A DNA stretch of 64,000 nt from an uncultured Thermoleophilia bacterium (lineage in GTDB: Bacteria > Actinomycetota > Thermoleophilia > UBA2241), in assembly GCA_963702475.1 (NCBI GenBank), contig CAVPCT010000006.1, forward strand, positions 96,001-160,000, in the 5' to 3' direction. Shown piece after piece: positions 57,372-64,000 of the stretch. Numbering within the stretch: position 1 is the first letter of the stretch; each line of letters opens with the position of its first letter. A program made the translations under genes and the position numbers. The notes beneath the pieces were generated by a model. It was not told where the DNA came from. It saw nothing but the letters and a program-made list of their open reading frames with translations, and searched no databases.

Positions 57372-58043
57372 TCAGTCGAGGGTGATAAGCCCGGTGCGCA
57401 GCGCGTACTTCACGACTTCGGTCACGTCGTGCAGGTCGAGCTTGCGCATGGCGTTGGCCCGGTGCGTGTCGACAGTCTTGCGGCTGAGCCCCAGCAACTC
57501 GGCGATGCTGTTGTTGCTGTGGCCCTCGGCGATCAGCCGCAGCACCTCCCGCTCGCGTGCGCTCAGAGACTCGCCCGGCTCGTCCGGGCGCTCGTTGCCG
57601 GTCACGCGCAGGTAGTCGCCGATCAGTGTCGCGGCGATGGGCGGGTACAAGAAGGACCCTCCCGCGTGCACCTCGTGGATGGCGCGCACGAGGTCCTCCG
57701 TCACGACCCGCTTGAGCACGTACCCGCTGGCGCCGGCCTGGATGATCTGGACCACGTACTCCTGGTCGTCGTACATGCTCAGGATCAGCGTGCGCACCTC
57801 GGGGTGGCGCTCCTTGAGCAGGCGGGTGGCCTCCAGCCCGCTCATGCGCGGCATCACGATATCCATGATCACGACGTCGGGGTGGAGCTCGTCCACCCGC
57901 TCCAGCGCCTCCTGCCCGTCGCCGGCCTCACCCACCACGAGGATGTCCGGCTCGCGCGTGAGCAGCGCGTGGACGCCCTCGCGGAGGATGGCGTGGTCGT
58001 CCACGAGCAGCACGCGGATCGGGGCGGCTTTGCCGGCGGTCAC
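57372..58043 (-). CDS. NarL/LuxR-family response regulator
   Basis: VDDH, MDI.MP..SG, GYVLK, LS.RE.EVL...G.SN..IA..L..S.KTV..HR. Confidence 0.95.
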   Translation of the reverse strand: MTAGKAAPIRVLLVDDHAILREGVHALLTREPDILVVGEAGDGQEALERVDELHPDVVIMDIVMPRMSGLEATRLLKERHPEVRTLILSMYDDQEYVVQIIQAGASGYVLKRVVTEDLVRAIHEVHAGGSFLYPPIAATLIGDYLRVTGNERPDEPGESLSAREREVLRLIAEGHSNNSIAELLGLSRKTVDTHRANAMRKLDLHDVTEVVKYALRTGLITLD

Positions 58044-59149
58044 GACGCCCCGTCCTGGTCCGCGGCGTCCGCCAGCGGGATCACCACGTAGAGGCGCGTG
58101 CCGCGCCCGACCGCCGACTCCACGTTCACGGTCCCCCCCAGCAGATCGACCCGTTCTCTCACCGACGCCAGACCGACGCCGCCCTGGGTGCTCCCCTTGA
58201 GCACGTCGTCGGGTACGAATCCTACTCCGTTGTCGATGATCGCAAGGTTCACGTAGCCGGGCCTGGTGACGAGACGCACGACGATCTTCGTGGCCGCCGA
58301 GTGTCTGACGGCGTTCGAGAGCGCCTCCTGGGTGATGCGGTACAGCGTGGTCTCCACATCTCCCGGGAGTCGCAAGTCCGCCTCGTCGAAGTCGGTGACC
58401 ACCTCGGGGCCCACGTCCTGCACATGGGACTGGATGTACCAGCGCAGGGTCGGCACCAGGCCGAAGTCGTCGAGCATCACCGGCCTCAGGTCGTACACGA
58501 GCAGCTTGATCTCCTCCATGGTGTGGCTCAGCAGCTCCTTGCAGGTGAGGACCTGGCGGTGGGCCTCGGTCGGGTCGTGATCCTGGAGGGCCCTGTCGCA
58601 GAGGTCCAGACGCACCAGCGTGGCGGCCAGCGTCTGGCTGGTCTGGTCGTGCAGCTCCCGGCCGATGCGGCGGCGCTCCTCCTCCACGCTGCCCAGCTGC
58701 CTGCCGGCGTACCGCAACGACTCGTCGCCCAGGCGGCGGCACATCTCGTTGAAGGACGCCGACAGCCGCCGCAGGTCCTTGTCCTTCCAGTCGTCCTTGA
58801 CGCGGCAGCCCAGCTCCCCGCGGTGCATCCCGCCCATCGCGCGCGCCAGGTCCTCGAGCAGGCCGCCCGCGGGCCCGACCAGCGCGAGGTTCACCAGCAC
58901 GGCGGCCAGCGCCGCGGCGAGCAGCAGGGCCACCAAGAGAAGGACGTGGTCGCTGTCCGTGGCCGAGACGATGACCGCGCTGGCGCCGGCCACGGCCGCG
59001 GCGAGCACGACGTTGGCGCCCACCACGCGCAGCACCATGGGGCGCCGGAACCGCGAGACCTCCTCGCGCGCTCGGCCGCGCGAGCGGTGAGCGGCCGCCT
59101 CACCTGCGTGCGCCGCCGCCCTCGGTACACTGGACGAGCTCTCGCTCAT
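58040..59149 (-). CDS. Sensor histidine kinase (2 TM, HAMP, HisKA_3)
   Basis: EERRRIGRELHD, LRP..LDD.GL, YRI.QEALSN, DNGVGF, GVGL. Confidence 0.92.
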   Translation of the reverse strand: MSESSSSVPRAAAHAGEAAAHRSRGRAREEVSRFRRPMVLRVVGANVVLAAAVAGASAVIVSATDSDHVLLLVALLLAAALAAVLVNLALVGPAGGLLEDLARAMGGMHRGELGCRVKDDWKDKDLRRLSASFNEMCRRLGDESLRYAGRQLGSVEEERRRIGRELHDQTSQTLAATLVRLDLCDRALQDHDPTEAHRQVLTCKELLSHTMEEIKLLVYDLRPVMLDDFGLVPTLRWYIQSHVQDVGPEVVTDFDEADLRLPGDVETTLYRITQEALSNAVRHSAATKIVVRLVTRPGYVNLAIIDNGVGFVPDDVLKGSTQGGVGLASVRERVDLLGGTVNVESAVGRGTRLYVVIPLADAADQDGAS

Positions 59150-60447
59150 GATCCGGGCAGATCCAGGGGCTGTGGCAGCTCGAAAGCGAACTCGGCCCAG
59201 GCGCCCTGCTCGGAGCGTGCCCGGATGCGCCCGTTGTGCAGCTGGACGATGCGCCAGGCGCTGTACAGGCCCACGCCGGTACCGCGCTTCGCCTCGCCTC
59301 GGGTGCGCAGTCGCGAGAACCGCTGGAACAGGCGCCCGCGGTCCTCGGGCGCGAACCCCGGGCCTTCGTTCCAGACCGAGATCTCCACCCGGGAGGGGTC
59401 CTTGACGGCGCGCACGCGGATGAGCCCGCCCTCGTTGCCGTACTTCACCGCGTTGCTGAGCAGGTTGGCCACGACGATGCGCAGCAGCCCTGGGTCGCAC
59501 TCGGCGGTGACGGTCTCGGGCGGCAGGTCCAGCTCGAGACGCATGCTCCGTCGCTCGATATCCGAGCGCACGAGGTCGAGCGACGGGGCGATGACCTCGG
59601 CGAGCACGTCCGCGTCCTGACGCCGGGACAGCGCAAGACCGCCGCCGTCGATGCGTGCCAGGTCCAGGTAGTCCTGCACGAGGCTGAGCAGGTACTCGCC
59701 CTTGCCGATCATGCGGTCGACCTTGTCGACCTGTCCGGGCTCCAGTTGCCCCAGGTAGCCCTGCGAGAGCAGGCGGGCGTCGGTCACCAGGGAGGCGATG
59801 GGGTTCTTGATCTCGTGACTGACGAACGCCAGCATCTCCAGATACGCCTGGTTGGCAGCTCGCAGCTGCTCGATCTGCCACGCCTTCTCCACCGCCTGGC
59901 TGAGGCGTTCGGAGATCGAGATCTCGAGCTCCACGTGGTGCGGCGTGAACGCCCTCGGGCTCCGCGAGTCCCGGAACATGAAGCCGAGTACCCGGCCTTC
60001 TACGATCAGCGGGCACGTGAGGCTGGAGCGCACCCCCTCCCTCACGAGGAGGTGGGAGGAGTGGCTGGCCGGGTGACCCTCGGCATGCAGCGAGAGGTCG
60101 TCGATGATCCTCGGCTCGGCGCTCTTGATGACGCGCTCGAGAGACGTGCCGCGAAGGTCGGCCGTGTAGCCCTTCGTGAGCAGCAGGGGCTGGTAGACGG
60201 CGCGCGCGTACTGAGCGATCACACGCTCGCCGCTCTCGTCCACGAACGCCAGTCCGATGCGGTCGCAGGGGATGATGCCGCGAGTGCGCTCGAAGAGGAA
60301 GTCGGCCACGTCGTTGAGCGACTGTTTGGCCGCGACCTTCTGGTTCACCATGCGCAGCGTCGCGCGTTCGTCGCCGCTGATCCTCTGGCGCGCGCCCCGA
60401 TCGCGGAACGGATCGAGATAGCGCAAGGTCGACTGCAGGCCCACCAT
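59146..60447 (-). CDS. Cytoplasmic GAF-domain histidine kinase (HisKA)
   Basis: GAF (RSSLTCPL), SHEIKNP, NLLSNAVKY, GPG, GTGVGL; start uncertain. Confidence 0.88.
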   Translation of the reverse strand: MVGLQSTLRYLDPFRDRGARQRISGDERATLRMVNQKVAAKQSLNDVADFLFERTRGIIPCDRIGLAFVDESGERVIAQYARAVYQPLLLTKGYTADLRGTSLERVIKSAEPRIIDDLSLHAEGHPASHSSHLLVREGVRSSLTCPLIVEGRVLGFMFRDSRSPRAFTPHHVELEISISERLSQAVEKAWQIEQLRAANQAYLEMLAFVSHEIKNPIASLVTDARLLSQGYLGQLEPGQVDKVDRMIGKGEYLLSLVQDYLDLARIDGGGLALSRRQDADVLAEVIAPSLDLVRSDIERRSMRLELDLPPETVTAECDPGLLRIVVANLLSNAVKYGNEGGLIRVRAVKDPSRVEISVWNEGPGFAPEDRGRLFQRFSRLRTRGEAKRGTGVGLYSAWRIVQLHNGRIRARSEQGAWAEFAFELPQPLDLPGS

Positions 60448-60651
60448 CCCCTCCGGCGTCGTCGCTCTGGGCGGCGATGACCGACCTGAGCCTCACTAGG
60501 AGCACCACCTGAGGCCCCATCGGCCGCTCCACACGGCCACGATAGCACTCCTCCGTGGTCTCGCAACGCCGTGAGGCCTCGGCGCGGACGCGAGGGAGAG
60601 TATCCGCGAGGCTGCGGCACCCACCCACTCCCTCGTGACGCGAGCCTGTTC

Positions 60652-60733
60652 TAGGGTGTTTACCCTATATTGACACAGAACCACTTGAATAGTCCTAGGG
60701 GAGACCTAGTATGTCATGTGGGGCATTTCACAA
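60652..60733. promoter_or_regulatory. Regulatory region upstream of hdrA
   Basis: TAGGGT-N4-ACCCTA (60652-67), TTGACA (60670-75), CTAGG-N5-CCTAG (60695-709), TGTGG-N6-TCACA CRP/Rex-like (60717-32). Confidence 0.5.
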
Positions 60734-60795
60734 GTCCCAGGAGCCGGTGGTTCGCGCGACGCGAGTCGCGAAGAGACGCGGTCACGGAGGTCCAC

Positions 60796-62607
60796 ATGAG
60801 GATCGGAGTCTACGAGTGCCGGGCCGGCGGCGACGACAGCGACGGCGTGAACCTGGAGTCCGTCGCCCGTTACGTGGCCAACCTCCCCCAGGTAGAGGTC
60901 GTGCGGCAGCTGGGCGTGATGCCCAAGCTCGACCCCAAGATGCTCGCCGACGAGATCGCCGCGGAGCGCCTGGACCGGATCGTCATCGCCGGGGACTCCC
61001 CCGGCTTCTTCAAGCCTGCCTTCACGCGCGCCATGGCGCTGGCGGGGGGCGAACCGGACGAGGTGCGGCTCGCCTCGTTCCGCGAGCACGCCACGGGCGG
61101 GGAAGGCGCGACCGCGCGGGCCAAGGCCATCGCCGCGTGCGCGGTGTACGGCATCCCGTTCACGCTCGCTGCACAGCCGAAGGACACGAAGTGGGGCGCC
61201 GCCACTCTGGTCATCGGCGGCGGCATCGCGGGCATCCAGGCAGCCCTCGAGATCGCCGACGGCGGCAAGAAGGTCTACCTGGTCGAGCGCTCGGGCACCA
61301 TCGGCGGCCACATGGCCATGTTCGACAAGACCTTCCCCACGCTCGACTGCGCGGCCTGCATCCTGACCCCGAAGATGGTGGCCGTGGGCCAGCACGAGAT
61401 GATCGACCTCCTCACCTACTCCGAAGTCGAGTCGATCACCGGGGTCCCCGGGGCGTTCAAAGCCACGATCCTCAGACACGCACGCCGGGTGGATGAGGGC
61501 GCCTGCGTGGCCTGCGCCATGTGCAGTGACGTCTGCCCAGTCAGCGTGCCCAGTGAGTTCGACGCCGGCATCGCCGACCGCAAGGCCGTGTACATCCCCT
61601 TCCCGCAGGCGGTGCCCAACGCCTACCTCGTCGACGAAGCATCGTGCACCTACGTGCAGACCAACGGGCAGAAGTGCGGGGCGTGCGCGAAGAAGTGCCC
61701 CAAAGACTGCATCGACCTGGACGCGCACGGTGACGTCATGCAGGTCGAGGTCGGCAGCGTGATCGTGGCGACCGGCTACGAGACGCTCGACGCCGCGAGG
61801 ATCGGGCAATACGGCTACGGCGTGCACGCAAACGTCCTCACGGCCCTGGAGTTCGAACGGCTCACGAACGCGTCGGGCCCGACGGGCGGCCGTATCGTCA
61901 CCAAGACGCTGCGTCACAACAAGCGCAAGAAGGTCGACGAGTGGGTCTTCGATCCTGAGGGCGCCGCGCCGCGAAGCGTGGCCATCATCCACTGCGTGGG
62001 CTCTCGCGACACGAACTACAACGCCTACTGCTCCCGCGTGTGCTGCATGTACTCGCTCAAGTTCGCCCATCTCGTGAAGGAGAAGCTGCCCGAGGCGCCC
62101 TGCTACGAGTTCTACATCGACATGCGTGCGTTCGGCAAAGGCTACGAGGCCTTCTTCGAGCGCATCCAGGACGAAGGTACATTCATCATCAGGGGCCGTT
62201 CGGCGACGGTGACATCGCAGGACGGCCAGATGTACGTCAAGGGCGAGGACATCCTCAGCGACAGCGTCATGGAGTTCCCGGTGGACATGGTGCTGCTCGC
62301 CGTCGGCCTCGTGCCGGCAGATCGGTCGGACGAGCTCGCCGGGATGCTGAACATACCGCGCGACAGCTACGGATGGTTCACGGAGGCCGACTACAACGGC
62401 GATCCCACGGGCACGGAGCGGGGCGGTGTGTACGTCGCCGGCGTCTGCCAGGGCCCCAAGGACATCCCCGACACGGTTGCGCAGGCCTCTGCCGTCGCGG
62501 CACGGTCTCTTGAGGGCGCCATGACTGGACGGGGCCTCGAGAGCATGGCCAACGTGAGCCTCACGGACATCGAGGCTCGCGCCAAGAGCCTGGTCGCAAA
62601 GGCGTAG
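60796..62607 (+). CDS. hdrA: Heterodisulfide reductase subunit A-like flavoprotein (HdrA/QmoA-B family)
   Basis: GGGIAG, GG.M...DKTFPT.DC..CI..PKM, inserted 2x[4Fe-4S], CVGSRD...YCSRVCC, GPKDIP. Confidence 0.92.
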   Translation: MRIGVYECRAGGDDSDGVNLESVARYVANLPQVEVVRQLGVMPKLDPKMLADEIAAERLDRIVIAGDSPGFFKPAFTRAMALAGGEPDEVRLASFREHATGGEGATARAKAIAACAVYGIPFTLAAQPKDTKWGAATLVIGGGIAGIQAALEIADGGKKVYLVERSGTIGGHMAMFDKTFPTLDCAACILTPKMVAVGQHEMIDLLTYSEVESITGVPGAFKATILRHARRVDEGACVACAMCSDVCPVSVPSEFDAGIADRKAVYIPFPQAVPNAYLVDEASCTYVQTNGQKCGACAKKCPKDCIDLDAHGDVMQVEVGSVIVATGYETLDAARIGQYGYGVHANVLTALEFERLTNASGPTGGRIVTKTLRHNKRKKVDEWVFDPEGAAPRSVAIIHCVGSRDTNYNAYCSRVCCMYSLKFAHLVKEKLPEAPCYEFYIDMRAFGKGYEAFFERIQDEGTFIIRGRSATVTSQDGQMYVKGEDILSDSVMEFPVDMVLLAVGLVPADRSDELAGMLNIPRDSYGWFTEADYNGDPTGTERGGVYVAGVCQGPKDIPDTVAQASAVAARSLEGAMTGRGLESMANVSLTDIEARAKSLVAKA

Positions 62608-62616
62608 GAGGGCCGC

Positions 62617-63786
62617 ATGGCTATCAGAGCCAATCCCAAACTCATCGAAGAGCTCGAGCCGTACGGGGCCGAGGACGTGATGAACTGCTACCACTGCGGC
62701 AACTGCTCCGCCGTGTGCCCGTTCTCCGCGGCTCCCTACGTGTTCCCGCGCAAGCCGATGCGCTACCTGCAGATGGGGCTCGAGAAGAAACTCGAGAGCC
62801 AACTGGACCCGTGGCTCTGCTACTACTGCGGCGAGTGCTCGGACCAGTGCCCTCGTGACGCCGAGCCCGGGGAGACGATGATGAGCCTGCGGCGCTGGCT
62901 CACCTCACGATACGACTGGACGGGGATCTCCCGGCTGTTCTACAAGTCGTGGCGCTGGGAGTTGGGGGCCATCATCCTGGTGGCCATCCTCACGGCCATC
63001 GGCTTCACCCTGTTCGGCATGTCCCAAGGCAGCCTGTCCGACTACGACGGCGCCAACGCCTTCCTGCCGAGTTCCGCCATCCACATCTTCGACTGGGTGC
63101 TGGCGGGAGTACTCCTCGTGTTCCTGCTCAGTAACGCGGCTCGCATGTGGTGGTTCACCATGGGCCGTGACAAGGAGCTGCCCACGACACTCGGCAGCTA
63201 CATCACGAGCGTGTGGATGCTGCCCACCCACTTCTTCACGCAGATGCGCTACAGCAAATGCGAGCGCAAGGCACCCTGGGTGACCCACCTGGCGCTCATG
63301 CTGAGCTACGTGACCATGCTGGTGCTCATCATGTTCTTCCTCAGCGAGATGGCGTCGGGGCCCGCCATCGACTGGACCGTGCACGTGTTCGGCTACCTCG
63401 CGACGGCAGGCCTCGTCCTGGCCACGATCCTCTTCCTGCGCAACCGCGTGAAGAAGTCCTCGGCTCAGTACAGGCACTCGCACGAGTCCGACTGGATCTT
63501 CCTCGTGCTGATCCTCGTCGTCGCGCTGACCGGCATCCTGCAGCACATCCTGCACCGCAGCGGCATGGACGCGGCCGCCAACATCACGTACGTCGTGCAT
63601 CTGGCCCTTGTCGTCCCGATGCTGGCGCTCGAGGTGCCCTTCAGCAAGTGGTCGCATCTCGCGTACCGCCCCCTGGCCATGTACCTGGGCCAGGTGCGCG
63701 CCACTGCCCTGGCCCGCGAAGGCGCGGGCGGAACCGCGGCGGCGCACAGAGGTGCCGAACCGCAGACGCAGGTCCACACGGCCTGA
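62617..63786 (+). CDS. QmoC-like protein: HdrC-type ferredoxin plus membrane (heme b-type) domain
   Basis: CYHCGNCSAVCP, WLCYYCGECSDQCP, several TM helices with His, PFSKWSHLAYR. Confidence 0.85.
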   Translation: MAIRANPKLIEELEPYGAEDVMNCYHCGNCSAVCPFSAAPYVFPRKPMRYLQMGLEKKLESQLDPWLCYYCGECSDQCPRDAEPGETMMSLRRWLTSRYDWTGISRLFYKSWRWELGAIILVAILTAIGFTLFGMSQGSLSDYDGANAFLPSSAIHIFDWVLAGVLLVFLLSNAARMWWFTMGRDKELPTTLGSYITSVWMLPTHFFTQMRYSKCERKAPWVTHLALMLSYVTMLVLIMFFLSEMASGPAIDWTVHVFGYLATAGLVLATILFLRNRVKKSSAQYRHSHESDWIFLVLILVVALTGILQHILHRSGMDAAANITYVVHLALVVPMLALEVPFSKWSHLAYRPLAMYLGQVRATALAREGAGGTAAAHRGAEPQTQVHTA

Positions 63787-63799
63787 AGGGGGTGAAGAG

Positions 63800-64000
63800 A
63801 TGGAGGAGCCACGCATCGGCGTGTACATCTGTAACTGCGGTACGAACATCGCCAAGGTCGTCGATTGCGACGCCGTCGTGCAGGCCGCGTCCGCACTTCC
63901 CGGCGTCACCGTCGCCCGCTCGTACAAGTACATGTGTTCCAACCCCGGCCAGGAGATGATCGCTCAGGACATCGAAGACGAGGGCCTGGAGCGCGTCGTC
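63800..64000 (+). CDS. hdrA: Second HdrA-family protein, 3'-truncated by the window
   Basis: MEEPRIGVYICNCGTNIA...YKYMCSNPGQ. Confidence 0.85.
   Translation, partial: MEEPRIGVYICNCGTNIAKVVDCDAVVQAASALPGVTVARSYKYMCSNPGQEMIAQDIEDEGLERVV

Noticed and set aside
21384-60628. Apparent N-terminal extensions or fusions in the ORF track (835-aa SBP, 931-aa MttB, 1032-aa rSAM, 775-aa aminotransferase, 862-aa kinase; also the 746-aa USP)
   Set aside because: The extensions are off-frame translations of the upstream gene. True starts have an RBS or a stop/start overlap.
60796-62607. Selenocysteine in HdrA
   Set aside because: No in-frame TGA; the DCxxC site is encoded as Cys.
1-64000. Many long antisense or alternate-frame ORFs (e.g. 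2971..6156-, 13104..15002+, 15753..17789+, 34396..36468-, 60706..62802-)
   Set aside because: Shadow ORFs typical of high-GC DNA: Arg/Gly/Pro-rich, no motifs, overlapping well-supported genes.
1-64000. CRISPR arrays, IS elements, integrases, prophage, rRNA/tRNA
   Set aside because: No regularly spaced repeats, transposase/integrase motifs or structural RNA signatures were seen by eye.

Overview
This is a very GC-rich, gene-dense bacterial window with about 57 protein-coding genes. The gene content and lipoprotein style suggest an anaerobic or facultative actinobacterium, possibly Thermoleophilia-like (inference only). I recognised no rRNA, tRNA, CRISPR array or mobile element. Main blocks: (1) GH65 phosphorylase, USP, P-type ATPase, MFS, GNAT and a plant-HPR1-like hydroxypyruvate reductase. 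(2) A ~20-kb divergon around a DeoR gene (9.4-29.2 kb). It combines a corrinoid methyl-transfer system with sugar/polyol catabolic enzymes and an Opp-type ABC importer. It has two MttB paralogues, and one carries an in-frame amber TAG exactly at the pyrrolysine position. An amidinotransferase lies next to it. (3) Envelope genes (lgt, CapA-like, LolA-like + ABC) and an orphan PD-(D/E)xK-like nuclease. (4) A glycosyltransferase/radical SAM cluster. Its TIGR04282-like::rSAM-SPASM fusion ends C-I-TGA-G-Y and is followed by a SECIS-like hairpin. (5) A taurine desulfonation locus (tauABC, xsc, tpa-like, ackA) beside cysK, a MoaD-type carrier and a DoxX/DoxD protein. (6) nadA, a two-kinase/NarL regulatory set, and the start of an hdrA-qmoC-like-hdrA operon. 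The top findings are the apparent pyrrolysine-encoding MttB inside a catabolic island for a probable methylated amino-sugar/polyol, and a possible C-terminal selenocysteine in the rSAM fusion. All family assignments come from motif recognition by eye, not database searches.
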